A stretch of 64,000 bases of DNA, from the NCBI GenBank assembly GCA_031277035.1, contig JAISLY010000004.1, forward strand, positions 26,980 through 90,979, given 5' to 3'. Within the stretch, counting starts at the first letter, position 1, and each line of letters begins with the position of its first letter. Positions 8,668 through 18,047 of the stretch are shown piece after piece. The stretch comes from Coriobacteriales bacterium. Lineage in GTDB: Bacteria; Actinomycetota; Coriobacteriia; Coriobacteriales; UBA8131. Below the pieces are notes generated by a model. The model searched no databases. It saw only the letters and a program-made list of their open reading frames with translations, and was not told where the DNA came from. Both the position numbers and the translations under genes were made by a program.

Positions 8668-8756
8668 GCACCGCTTCGCCCGCTGGCTCCCGCGAGCCTC
8701 TGAGCACCGCTTCGCCCGCTGGCCCCCGCGAGCCTCTGGGCACCGCTTCGCCGCGC
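8636..8756. repeat. 36-bp tandem repeat x3.4 spanning the tyrA stop / aroA start junction
   Basis: cgcttcgcccgctggcYcccgcRagSctcNtgRgcac at 8636, 8672 and 8708, with a partial copy at 8744. Copy 1 contains the ATGA stop/start overlap. The copies encode STASPAGSREPL units at the AroA N-terminus. Confidence 0.9.
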
Positions 8757-10235
8757 TACGGCCCAGCGCCGCTGCGCGGTCGTCTGCGCGTGCCTTCCGA
8801 CAAGTCGCTTTCGCACCGCGTCGTGCTCTTTGCCGCGATGTCCGAGGGCGTCTCGCGAATCAGCGGCCTGCTCGACTCCCTTGATGTCCGTTCGTCGCTT
8901 GACGCCGTTGCGGCCCTGGGAGCTACGGTTGAGATGCAAAGGGATACAACCGGGCCCGGCGACAGCACAACCGGGCGCGGCGACCCCACAACCGGGCCCG
9001 GCGATAGCACAACCGGGTGCAGCGACCCCACAACCGGGCCCGGCGACAGCACAACGGGCCTGTGCGGCACGATACGCGGCTTTGGTCCTGACGGCCCTCG
9101 CCAGCGCCATCCGGGTACCGCTTCTCCCTTCTTCACCCTCGATTGCGGCAACTCCGGCACGACCTCCCGCCTGCTGCTCGGCCTGCTCGCCGGCTATGAC
9201 CTCACGGCGCTGCTCACCGGAGACGCTTCGCTCTCTCGTCGTCCCATGAACCGCGTAACCCTGCCGCTTCTGACGATGGGCGCACGCTTTGAGGCATCGC
9301 ATGACACGCGCACGGTCTGCACGACCGAAAACTTTGACAGTCTGCCGCTCGTCGTCTATGGGAGCTCGAGCCTGAAGGCCATCGAGTATCGCTCACCGGT
9401 CGCTTCCGCGCAGGTAAAAAGCGCCGTCCTGCTCGCCGGCCTGCATGCTACGGGCACGACCAGCGTCCTTGAGCCGAGCAAGAGCCGCGATCATACCGAA
9501 CTGCTTCTACCGGCCTTTGGCGTCGATGTTCAGGTTGACGGTCTGAGGGTCAGCATCAGAGGCGGCCAGCGTCCCACGGCGCCGCGCGATGTGCTCATTT
9601 TGCCCGGCGACCCCTCTTCGGCGGCATTTTTCCTCGTGGGAGCTGCGCTCGTCCCGCAAAGCGACGTCACGATATGCGACATGCTGCTTAATCCCACCCG
9701 GACGGGCTTTCTTGCGGTTATGCAGCGCATGGGGGCCGACGTCTGTGTCGAGCCACGCACCGCGGCATCCCTTGGTGCCGAGCTCGTCGGGGATGTGACG
9801 GTGCGCTATCGTCCCGTTTTGAAGGCGACGAGGGTTGCTGCCGCGGAAGTGCCAAGTCTGATTGACGAACTCCCCATCCTCGCGCTTCTGGCCACCGGGG
9901 CCGAGGGCACAACGGTTTTTGAGTCTGTGGGAGAGTTGCGCGTCAAGGAAAGCGACCGGCTCGCCGCCATTGAGGAGGGCCTGCGTATCCTTGGTTGCGA
10001 GGCATACAGTGAGGGCGATACGCTTTTCGTCACAGGACGGGGCACGGCGAAGGCGCCCGGCGGGACTGCCGCCGCACACACCACCCTGCTGCGCACCTAC
10101 GGCGACCATCGTCTGGCCATGACCTGGACGATGGCCAACCACGTTTTGGGCCGAGACCATCCTCTCGACGACCCGGCGTGCAGGGCAGTGAGCTACCCCG
10201 ACTTTCTCGACGACCTCAAAACCCTCCTGGCATAG
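8664..10235 (+). CDS. aroA: 3-phosphoshikimate 1-carboxyvinyltransferase (EPSP synthase)
   Basis: PSDKSLSHRVVLFAA, DCGNSGTTSRLL and ESDRLAA motifs. It carries two in-frame repeat insertions. Confidence 0.9.
   Translation: MSTASPAGSREPLSTASPAGPREPLGTASPRYGPAPLRGRLRVPSDKSLSHRVVLFAAMSEGVSRISGLLDSLDVRSSLDAVAALGATVEMQRDTTGPGDSTTGRGDPTTGPGDSTTGCSDPTTGPGDSTTGLCGTIRGFGPDGPRQRHPGTASPFFTLDCGNSGTTSRLLLGLLAGYDLTALLTGDASLSRRPMNRVTLPLLTMGARFEASHDTRTVCTTENFDSLPLVVYGSSSLKAIEYRSPVASAQVKSAVLLAGLHATGTTSVLEPSKSRDHTELLLPAFGVDVQVDGLRVSIRGGQRPTAPRDVLILPGDPSSAAFFLVGAALVPQSDVTICDMLLNPTRTGFLAVMQRMGADVCVEPRTAASLGAELVGDVTVRYRPVLKATRVAAAEVPSLIDELPILALLATGAEGTTVFESVGELRVKESDRLAAIEEGLRILGCEAYSEGDTLFVTGRGTAKAPGGTAAAHTTLLRTYGDHRLAMTWTMANHVLGRDHPLDDPACRAVSYPDFLDDLKTLLA
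8946..9058. repeat. 21-bp tandem repeat x5.4 inside aroA (TTGPGDS heptapeptide units)
   Basis: acaaccgggcccggcgacagc and variants, repeated head to tail. Confidence 0.9.
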
Positions 10236-10330
10236 ACACCTCTGACTCCGACACCTCGTGCAAGCAGCTTCGCTGTCGAAGGCCCCCAGCCGCCGCCGCT
10301 CCTGCCAGCGCTCAAACGATTTACGGCGCA

Positions 10331-10420
10331 TGACGGCTCCTGTCGGGCGGGGCGGCTCCTGTCGGGCATGACGGCTCCTGTCGGGCGGGACGGCTCCTGT
10401 CGGGCGTATGACGCTTCTGG
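10331..10420. repeat. ~20-bp tandem repeat x4.5 (acggctcctgtcgggc-NNN), intergenic
   Basis: Four full copies read directly, downstream of aroA. Confidence 0.85.
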
Positions 10421-10479
10421 TATGATTCCCCTGTTGGCGTGCTGGGCCTCACAGGGCCGCGGATGCGAGAGGTAGGGTA

Positions 10480-11097
10480 ATGGAAGCGCTCCTGCAACAT
10501 GACCTCGTTCAGGTTGCCCGTGATCAGGGCATATCCGTAGAGAACCTCCTTGGCTTCGACCTGCCGCTGCATGCTCCTGCGGGCTATACGGCCTGGGCGC
10601 TCATAGACCTGATCATCGCCCTGTTCTGCGTGGTGCTCCTTGCAATCTGTCTTGTCACCTATAGGTCTCGGAGACGCGATGAGCACGTGGTGACGCAGGG
10701 GGGCGCGAAACAGACCGATACGTCCACGAGGCAAGGCGACGCCTCCCCTACACCAAGCGGCAATCCTTCAAAGCAGAGTGTTGAGATTCACATCACCAGG
10801 GCCAAGCGCACGAGAGATAAGGAAGCCGCGGAAGCCGAGGTGGCCACGGAAGCCGCGGAGGCCGCAGAAGCCGAGGTGGCCAGGCGACATGGGGCAAAGG
10901 CCGCTCGGCAACTGATCTTCCGCAACATCAGCATCGTCCTGGCCGCGCTTTCCGTCATCCTCTTTCTATGTACGGAGCGCCTCGGCCACCCTGTGGTCTT
11001 TCTCGACAAATGGGCGCTTGCGCAAGGTATCATCGCAGTTTTGCTCATCATCACCAGCGGCTTTGCGATCAGCCGCGAGCGCAGATGGACCGTCTGA
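10480..11097 (+). CDS. Hypothetical membrane protein (3 predicted TM helices, Glu/Ala repeat linker)
   Basis: Hydrophobic segments WALIDLIIALFCVVLLAICLV, ISIVLAALSVILFLC and IIAVLLIITSGFAI. No recognisable domain. Confidence 0.4.
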   Translation: MEALLQHDLVQVARDQGISVENLLGFDLPLHAPAGYTAWALIDLIIALFCVVLLAICLVTYRSRRRDEHVVTQGGAKQTDTSTRQGDASPTPSGNPSKQSVEIHITRAKRTRDKEAAEAEVATEAAEAAEAEVARRHGAKAARQLIFRNISIVLAALSVILFLCTERLGHPVVFLDKWALAQGIIAVLLIITSGFAISRERRWTV

Positions 11098-11125
11098 GCG
11101 CCGCTTCCCTCAAAGTTTTGCGTAC

Positions 11126-11238
11126 CCGCCCCACCACTCCGCCCCACCGCACCACACCCCACCCCACCGCACCACACCCCGCCCCATCGCCCCACCGCAC
11201 CACACCCCATCGCCCCACACCCCGCCCCACCACTCCGC
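11126..11238. repeat. C-rich low-complexity array (ccccaccgcaccacac units) in a convergent intergenic region
   Basis: Read directly; the plus strand is almost free of G. Confidence 0.8.
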
Positions 11239-11241
11239 TTG

Positions 11242-14200
11242 TCAGCCGTGCGCCTTCTCCCACTCCTCGATGAGCCACCGTTCATAGGCACTTTGCACAG
11301 ACGGCCGCTCCCGTGCAGGCACCGTGCCATTCGCGTTATAGCGAGAGGGCTTCACCTGGGCATAGTGCTCGGAATCCTCAAAGGCCGAGGTGTCGAACAG
11401 CTCGTTTTGTATCCGCCACCAGACCGCCCTGACCAGCAGCTTCAGATGTTCAAGCTCCTCGTCGCTGGTTCTAAAGAGCAGGGGCTCATACAGCTGATAG
11501 CCAAGTTCCCGCATCGGCTCCACATATAGATCCGCGCTGTATTCAAGGCGCCAGCCGCGGTATTCCTCGGAGGTCTCAATCAGCAGCCGATAGAACTGCA
11601 ATTGCCTGATGTAGCCAAGCGAAGGCGCGTCTGGCTTTTTGACGGCGGTCTTGTAGTCAAAAATTCTGACCGTCTGCGCCGCTGTGTCCAAGACCAGCAG
11701 GTCACAGGCACCGACAAGCGGGATGTCGTCCAGGTTGGCCTCAATCCACCCCTCGACCACCGGCTGCCCTTCCAGCCAGCCATCAAGGCGCGGAATGAAT
11801 GTTTCCACGATGCCACTGAGCCGCTGCTGCATGTGGGCAAGCTCCGTGTCCTCAAAGTCCAGATGTGCAATATGCTCGCGACAGGCCTGCACCACGGAGG
11901 CCAGAGAGGAATCGTTGGCGAGTACAACGCGGGTCACATAGTCCTCCAAAAAGCGATGCACCGCGTCTCCAAACTCCAGAAAGGGACTTGGCTCTCCGGG
12001 CAGGCGCAGGATATGCGTCGCGATGAACTCCCTGCTGTTCTCGCAACCCTGCCGATAGTCCACAAAGGCGTTCAGTCGAGACGCCGACATCCGCAGGTTT
12101 TCTATATCGGGCCGAGCCAAAGCCTGCAACTCCGCGGTGTCGAGCCGATAGCAATCCTCCCAGCTCTGTGCCGCCTGCAGGGCGATGTCCTCAAGCGGGG
12201 GCTTTTCCTCAATCTCAACAACGGTGTCGAGCAGTTCGCGCACCGTATCACCCTCCCCGCGCACAAGTTCAAGCTCATAGCGGGCCCGCGTGAGCGCCAC
12301 AAAGAGCAGTCTTCGGGCATCGTCCTCGTCCCGCTCGGGGCCAAACAGCAGGTTGCGCGTCAGATAGCCGCCGCTTTCGCGAGAGGAATGCCAGCTTCTG
12401 TCGTCGGTATCAAGCAGGTAGACGAGGTCGAACTCCAGCCCCTTGGAGCTGTGGGCGGTTGTGAGCGTAATGGCGCCGGTGCGTCTGACAGGCAGTGAGA
12501 CGTCAATCTTTACGCCGAGACGGTCGGCTTCCTCAAAACAATCGATGATATGGGCAAGTCGCATCGGAGGGGCGGAAAGGCCGCGGTCAGCTCCTCCCAG
12601 CTCGCCTTCGACAAAACGCAGCAGGGCATCAAGACCGTAGTTGAACTCGATGAGCGTGAGAGGGTCATTCGCCTCATGTTCCTGGTAAAAGGCGACGAGG
12701 GGCTGGGCAGCGAGATGAAGAACATGGCGCACCGGTTGACTGGCCGCTGCGGCGATAAGCTCAAGCAGCCAGCCATGTAACCTGCGCAGTCGGGGGTTGT
12801 CACTGGTTCCGAGCGCCTCAAACCATGCTCTGCTCAGGCCTTTGCGCTTTGCCTCAAAGGCAAAACCGAGGTAATCCGCGGGCGCAAGCTCCAACTCCCT
12901 GCAAACCAGAAGCTGCGGGAGACGTGCCTCGGCGTATCCGGGCCGTGCCTGCGCAAAGCGCGCAATGAAGTTCAACAGGACCAGCAGGGTCTGCAGGGAG
13001 GCAATCTGCGAGACCGTCGTCGTATACGTGTAGGTAAACGCGATGCCGAGGCGCTTGAGAGCGGGGATGAGCCTTCTGAGCGGCTCGTGCCTGGGGGCAA
13101 TGACCGCGATTTCCTCGCCGGGGTGGGTGCTCATTGCGATAAAGCCGGCCTCGATGCGCGCCTGTATCCTGTTCGCCACCTCGTGATACTGCACCTCTCT
13201 GGACGGATAGCAGTGGATGGTGCCGTCCCAGGGCGTTTCTTCGCGCTGGACGGCCTGCAGCTTCTTTTCGCCTGCGCTTGCCGAGGAGCGCAGTTCTATC
13301 TGCTGGGCGACCTTCTGACCCAGATCGACCAGTGAGGGCCTTGATCGATAATTCTTCTTCAGGACGATGCGCCGTACCGTGTCGTAGCGGTCCTCAAACT
13401 GTTTGATGTAGCTGACGCTTGCGCCCTGGAAGCGCATGATGGCCTGGTCGTCATCGCCGACGACCAGAAGATTGGGACGGGCCGTGCCTTCGCAGAGCAG
13501 GTCGATAAGGCGCATCTGGGCGCCGTTCGTGTCCTGAAACTCGTCCACCTGGAGATAGCGGTACTGATCCTGGAGGCGGTACTTCAGCTCCGCTGAGTGC
13601 TCGATGGCCCAGGTGGCGTCAAGAATCATGTCGTCGTAATCGTACAGCCCGCGTTCTGTGAGCTGCTGCTGGTACGCTTCGTAAAGCGCGATGGCAGAAA
13701 ACGCCTTCTTGCAAATCCGCTCATCCGCAAAGTAGCGCAGCTTCGTGCTGTCTCGCGGAAAAAGGCGATCGCGCAACTCCTGGAAGCCTTTGGTGTTTTT
13801 CCCCTCCGAATCAATCAGCTCGGTGCGCTCAAACAGCTGCGCCAGGTACTGTGCGTAGGGCAGGTAGATACCGGGCGTGTCAAGGACGGGCCGCGTCAGC
13901 TCTGCGGGAGCGATCTGGGGCGCATGGGCAATCAGGCTCTGGAGTTTGGGCAGAATGTGGGCCTTGTCCTTTGAGGTGCCGCCTTCGACCAGGGCAAAGA
14001 GCTCGGTTTTCTGCGTGAGAAACACCATGTAGTCAAGATTTTGCTGCATGATGGCCCGGAACTGTTCGGGCGCAAGCCCCGAACGCTTGAAGGCGGCGAT
14101 GAAGCTCTGCATATGCCTGAGGCCGACGTGAACACCCTGATAGGGGTTTGCGTACAGCGGATCGTCAACGGGCAGTTCCCTGAGAAGGCGGTCTATGAGT

Positions 14201-14598
14201 TGAGCGGATTGCAGGCTGGTGATTGGGGTGGCAAATGCGCTGCGGGAGAAGTACTCGGGGTATCGTGCCCGAATGCCTGCAGCAAAGCTGTGGAAGGTCG
14301 AGACGGTGATGCCGTAGGCCTCGCTTCCCATGAAGGCGACGAGACGGCGAATCATGGCCCGGGCACCGGCATCGGTGTAGGTCAGGCACAGCAGGTTGCG
14401 CGGGGCGATGTCGCGCTCGCGCAGGATGTTGACCGCACGCAGGCTCAACAACTGCGTCTTGCCGGTGCCCGGGCCCGCGATGACGAGCACCGGCCCGTCA
14501 AGGGCAGAGATGGCCTGCTGCTGCTCCTCGTTGGGCCGTGGCTCCGGCTGCTCCTCGTTGGGCCGTGGCCCCGGCTGCTCGCGCCCTGCGCTCCCCAC
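11242..14598 (-). CDS. UvrD/PcrA-family ATP-dependent helicase fused to a C-terminal PD-(D/E)XK (RecB-like) nuclease domain
   Basis: Walker A AGPGTGKTQ, DEFQDT, VGDDDQAI and TAHSSKGLEFD. C-terminal GACDLLVLD...IFDYKT nuclease motif. The GTG start lies 6 nt after the upstream stop. Confidence 0.85.
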   Translation of the reverse strand: MGSAGREQPGPRPNEEQPEPRPNEEQQQAISALDGPVLVIAGPGTGKTQLLSLRAVNILRERDIAPRNLLCLTYTDAGARAMIRRLVAFMGSEAYGITVSTFHSFAAGIRARYPEYFSRSAFATPITSLQSAQLIDRLLRELPVDDPLYANPYQGVHVGLRHMQSFIAAFKRSGLAPEQFRAIMQQNLDYMVFLTQKTELFALVEGGTSKDKAHILPKLQSLIAHAPQIAPAELTRPVLDTPGIYLPYAQYLAQLFERTELIDSEGKNTKGFQELRDRLFPRDSTKLRYFADERICKKAFSAIALYEAYQQQLTERGLYDYDDMILDATWAIEHSAELKYRLQDQYRYLQVDEFQDTNGAQMRLIDLLCEGTARPNLLVVGDDDQAIMRFQGASVSYIKQFEDRYDTVRRIVLKKNYRSRPSLVDLGQKVAQQIELRSSASAGEKKLQAVQREETPWDGTIHCYPSREVQYHEVANRIQARIEAGFIAMSTHPGEEIAVIAPRHEPLRRLIPALKRLGIAFTYTYTTTVSQIASLQTLLVLLNFIARFAQARPGYAEARLPQLLVCRELELAPADYLGFAFEAKRKGLSRAWFEALGTSDNPRLRRLHGWLLELIAAAASQPVRHVLHLAAQPLVAFYQEHEANDPLTLIEFNYGLDALLRFVEGELGGADRGLSAPPMRLAHIIDCFEEADRLGVKIDVSLPVRRTGAITLTTAHSSKGLEFDLVYLLDTDDRSWHSSRESGGYLTRNLLFGPERDEDDARRLLFVALTRARYELELVRGEGDTVRELLDTVVEIEEKPPLEDIALQAAQSWEDCYRLDTAELQALARPDIENLRMSASRLNAFVDYRQGCENSREFIATHILRLPGEPSPFLEFGDAVHRFLEDYVTRVVLANDSSLASVVQACREHIAHLDFEDTELAHMQQRLSGIVETFIPRLDGWLEGQPVVEGWIEANLDDIPLVGACDLLVLDTAAQTVRIFDYKTAVKKPDAPSLGYIRQLQFYRLLIETSEEYRGWRLEYSADLYVEPMRELGYQLYEPLLFRTSDEELEHLKLLVRAVWWRIQNELFDTSAFEDSEHYAQVKPSRYNANGTVPARERPSVQSAYERWLIEEWEKAHG

Positions 14599-14604
14599 GT
14601 GTTC

Positions 14605-17055
14605 TCAGATCACATTCTCATGGCGGGCGATGATGTCGTTTTGCAGGTTCTCGCCCAGCTCGACAAAATAGGCGGAGTACCCGGCGATGCGCACCACGAG
14701 GTCTCGATACTCCGAGGGACTCTCCTGGGCCTTGCGCAGGGTGTCCGTGTCCACGATGTTGTACTGAACCTCCATGCCGCCCTGATCAAAGTAGGTCTTT
14801 GTCAGGTCGCGCAACTTTGCGGCGCCCTGCTCGCTTCTCAGTGCAGAGGGATGCATCCGCAGGTTCAGGGCGATACCTCCCAGGTAGTGATGATGGTCAA
14901 AGCAGCAGGTTGAATGGAAGACGGCCGTGGGTCCGTTCACATCGCGACTCTGGGCCGGCGACATGGCATCGGCAATGGGCTGGCCGGCATGCCGCCCGTC
15001 CGGCGTCGCCCAGGTGCTGTACCCCTGGTGTACGTGATCCGAGGCGCCGTAGAGCCCTGAGGTATAGCGGCCGCCCCGCACATTGGTGCACTCCTGGCAG
15101 ATTCGGTAGTACATATCAACACACCACCGCAGCTCCTCGTCCACATAGGGGTCGGCGTTGCCATAGTGCGGCACTTCGTTCACGATGCGCTGGCGCAGGT
15201 CCTCAAAGCCCTCCCAGTTTGCAAGTACGGCGTCGAGCAGCTCACGCGCAGAGACGAGCTTCTTGTCAAAGACCAGGTATTTAATCGTCGAAAGACTGTC
15301 TGCCAGGGTGGCAAAGCCGGTCGCCGTGCCGCCCCAGCCGTTGTAGGTGCAGCCGCCGTGCGCGGCGTCTTTGCCCTGCTCCATACAGCCTTCCATCGAG
15401 ATGGAAAGCGGCGCCTCGGTGGTCGTATAGCGCCCCACGTAATCGGCGTAGTTATTGATGGACAGGAAGAGCTTCATGATATGGCGGCCCATGCGCTCCA
15501 CCGCCTCGCGCACCTCCTCTATGGAATTCATCTCATAGAGGTAGCCGGTCTGGATGGAGGCCTGCTCGCCATTGAGCGGGTTGATGCCGTTGTTGATGGC
15601 CATGTCGAATATCTTGCCCCAGTGCACGGAGGCGTGTGGGGGGAACAGCCCGTTGGGAGCGGGAAAGTCGTTGCCACAGCCAACGATTTCCTGGCAGCCG
15701 ATGATGCCATAGTCACGTGCGTCTTCGAGCGTAAAGCCGCGCTCGGCCATGAGGGAGGGGATAATGACCTCGTCGTTTTGATAAAGCGGCAGGCCACCGA
15801 CCAGGCGTGAGGTCTGAATGGCGCAGTCCCAGAGCGCGTCGGGGGTCTGTGCGTTGGTGCGAAGGGAGATGGTGGGGTCGTGCAGCTGCAGGCGCCCGAC
15901 CGTCTCCAGAACCATGAAGGTCACCGGGTTGGTGGCGTCCTCGCCGGTCTTTGGGTCCACGCCGCCGACGGTCGTATGCTGGTAGGTGTTGCCGATGCCG
16001 GTCGTATCCACGAGCTTGCCCGGCCCGGCTCCGTAAAAGCAGTTGGCCTTGATAAAAAAGGCGTCGACCAGCTCCTGGGCCTCATCAAGCGTGATGGTGC
16101 CCGCCGCAAGGTCGCGCTCCAGAAACGGCCAGGTGTATTGGTCGATGCGCCCCAGGGCAGGCGAGGGGATGTTCGCGTCGATGTTCATGAAGACCTGGTA
16201 AAACATGGTGCCCTGCAAGGCCTCCCAGAAGGTGCGCGCCGGATTCTCGGCGAGCCACTCCATGCTGGCGGCCATCTTCTCCAGTTCGGCTCGGCGCACG
16301 GGGTCTTGCTCCGCCTCGGCTTTCGCCGCGCAGGCGGCGGCGTAGCGACTGACAAGGCGTATCGCCGCGTCGCAGGCGATGACCGCGGACTTGTAGAACA
16401 TATAGCGGTCGATGTCCTCGCCCATGAGGTTGCCGTAGTGCGCCTCGATCCACGCCTGGGCCTCGTCGCGAATGGCCCGGTAGCCGGTGTTGATGATTTT
16501 TGGATAGCCGGCCACCAGATGTCCGGCAGGTAGGCACAAAAGCCCCATGCCTCCTGGCCCGTAGCTTGAGACGTCCAGCCGCGCGAGCTCCTCATACTCG
16601 TCGGGCTTCCAGGCATCGGCCGCGCCGCCGATGCGATGGGTATCCCAGAATGCGACCACCGACTTCATGTCCTCAAAGTCTTTGGGCGCGATAACCTGCC
16701 GTACTTCCTCGTCGGGCGGGTTGTGGTACAGCCCGTCCTCTTCGAGGGTCCACTCGCCGCTTTCTATCGGGCCGAGTATCCAGTCCGAAATGCCCCACTC
16801 CGGAAAGCCGGGGCTGGAGAAGATGTGCGGCCCCTTGTTGCCGACGATGAGCTCCTCCTCACCGATGAGCACGGTCATCTGCGAGCAGAGCTCGTAGAGG
16901 GCCAGGGGCTTTTTGATAATGGGGACAACGTTTTCGTATTTTTTGTACGCCGCGGTGATGATGTTGGAGCGCTCGGCGTCGCAGTGCAGTACGCGGTCGC
17001 GAACCTGTTGGCGGAGCCTTTGGATGCGGTCGGTGGCCGGTCTGAATTCGTACAT
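14605..17055 (-). CDS. Glycyl-radical enzyme, PFL2/glycerol-dehydratase-like family (substrate unknown)
   Basis: C-terminal glycyl radical motif VVRIAGYSAYF. Thiyl loop GCQE (Cys-x-Glu). 816 aa, typical length. Confidence 0.88.
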   Translation of the reverse strand: MYEFRPATDRIQRLRQQVRDRVLHCDAERSNIITAAYKKYENVVPIIKKPLALYELCSQMTVLIGEEELIVGNKGPHIFSSPGFPEWGISDWILGPIESGEWTLEEDGLYHNPPDEEVRQVIAPKDFEDMKSVVAFWDTHRIGGAADAWKPDEYEELARLDVSSYGPGGMGLLCLPAGHLVAGYPKIINTGYRAIRDEAQAWIEAHYGNLMGEDIDRYMFYKSAVIACDAAIRLVSRYAAACAAKAEAEQDPVRRAELEKMAASMEWLAENPARTFWEALQGTMFYQVFMNIDANIPSPALGRIDQYTWPFLERDLAAGTITLDEAQELVDAFFIKANCFYGAGPGKLVDTTGIGNTYQHTTVGGVDPKTGEDATNPVTFMVLETVGRLQLHDPTISLRTNAQTPDALWDCAIQTSRLVGGLPLYQNDEVIIPSLMAERGFTLEDARDYGIIGCQEIVGCGNDFPAPNGLFPPHASVHWGKIFDMAINNGINPLNGEQASIQTGYLYEMNSIEEVREAVERMGRHIMKLFLSINNYADYVGRYTTTEAPLSISMEGCMEQGKDAAHGGCTYNGWGGTATGFATLADSLSTIKYLVFDKKLVSARELLDAVLANWEGFEDLRQRIVNEVPHYGNADPYVDEELRWCVDMYYRICQECTNVRGGRYTSGLYGASDHVHQGYSTWATPDGRHAGQPIADAMSPAQSRDVNGPTAVFHSTCCFDHHHYLGGIALNLRMHPSALRSEQGAAKLRDLTKTYFDQGGMEVQYNIVDTDTLRKAQESPSEYRDLVVRIAGYSAYFVELGENLQNDIIARHENVI

Positions 17056-17072
17056 GCCATCCTCCTGTCGTT

Positions 17073-17233
17073 GTGCTGCGGACGGTGCGGTGGGGCTCGG
17101 GTGGTGCTCGGGCGGTTCCGTGTGGGCGGTGCGGGCGGGCGGTTCTCGTGCAGGTGGTGCTCGGGTGGTGCGAGCGGTGCGGGTGGTGCTCGGGCGGTGC
17201 TCGTGCAGGTGGTGCGGCGGTGCGGGGTGTGGC
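17073..17233. repeat. G-rich (plus strand) degenerate tandem array directly upstream of the glycyl-radical enzyme gene
   Basis: ggtggtgctcgggcggtgc-type units are repeated. The sense (minus) strand is C-rich up to the GGAGG RBS. Confidence 0.8.
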
Positions 17234-17250
17234 GCTTCCTCAGGCTCCGC

Positions 17251-17796
17251 TCACAGCCCCGATTTCCGATCCTTCTCTCGACTGCGTTTCACCTTGCGGG
17301 CGCTGATGACCCAGATTGTGGCGATTGCGCCGAGAAGCGCGCCGAGGGTATCGGTCAGCCAGTCAAGTGGGTCGGGATGGCGCCCCACGACGAAGCTCTG
17401 GTGAAACTCGTCGCTTGCTCCATACAGTGAGGCTATGAGCAGCGCGATGAGCGCTGTGAGCCATAAGGCCCGTCGGGGCCCGTTTGCGGCAATGGTCAAC
17501 AGTACCGCGAAGATCAGGTATTCGCCAAAGTGGGCGAGGTAGTTCAGGAAGCCCGGATGCGAAGGGAAGCCTTCCGAGGGGATGGCGGAAACGCAGAAGA
17601 TGAGAATGGCCCAGATACAGGCCCCGACAGCGGCAAGTATTCGCAGCGTGTTGCGGGAGGTCTGTCTCAGACCGCTGGATGAGGGTACAGGCATAGCCGC
17701 GCTCCTGGAACGTGAAGGCGATGTCCGATGGTCAACAGTGAACACGGGCATCGGTGTATCGGCGTGCTTGTCAAGCGCCGACGGAAACCAAGCCAT
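17251..17796 (-). CDS. VanZ-family membrane protein
   Basis: HFGEYLIFAVLL and SDEFHQSFVVGRHPDPLDWLTDTLGALLG match the VanZ-like pattern. The start codon is uncertain. Confidence 0.7.
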   Translation of the reverse strand: MAWFPSALDKHADTPMPVFTVDHRTSPSRSRSAAMPVPSSSGLRQTSRNTLRILAAVGACIWAILIFCVSAIPSEGFPSHPGFLNYLAHFGEYLIFAVLLTIAANGPRRALWLTALIALLIASLYGASDEFHQSFVVGRHPDPLDWLTDTLGALLGAIATIWVISARKVKRSREKDRKSGL

Positions 17797-17843
17797 CCAA
17801 GTATAGCGCTTTATTCCAAGGTCTGGTAGGATGAGCCGACTGT

Positions 17844-17920
<77 letters not shown>

Positions 17921-17958
17921 TCACAGGACAGACGCCCCGCGGGGCGTCTGTCCTGTGA
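17921..17958 (+). terminator. 38-nt perfect palindrome (hairpin) immediately after tRNA-Pro
   Basis: tcacaggacagacgcccc/ggggcgtctgtcctgtga. There is no clear U-tract. Confidence 0.45.
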
Positions 17959-17990
17959 TGTATGCGAAGCATGGAGTTGAGCCAGCCTGC

Positions 17991-18030
17991 TGGGTCTTAA
18001 AGTGGTCGAATTCGACCACTTTAAGACCCA
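17991..18030. terminator. 40-bp perfect palindrome centred on GAATTC, 18 nt downstream of the esterase stop
   Basis: tgggtcttaaagtggtcgaa/ttcgaccactttaagaccca. Confidence 0.4.
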
Positions 18031-18047
18031 GGCTGCTGGGGCTTGCG

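Noticed and set aside
14596-14607. Selenocysteine or read-through fusion of the glycyl-radical enzyme with the helicase (same frame, single TGA between them).
   Set aside because: The GRE ends at its normal family C-terminus shortly after the glycyl motif. No SECIS-like hairpin follows the TGA. A fusion has no functional precedent.
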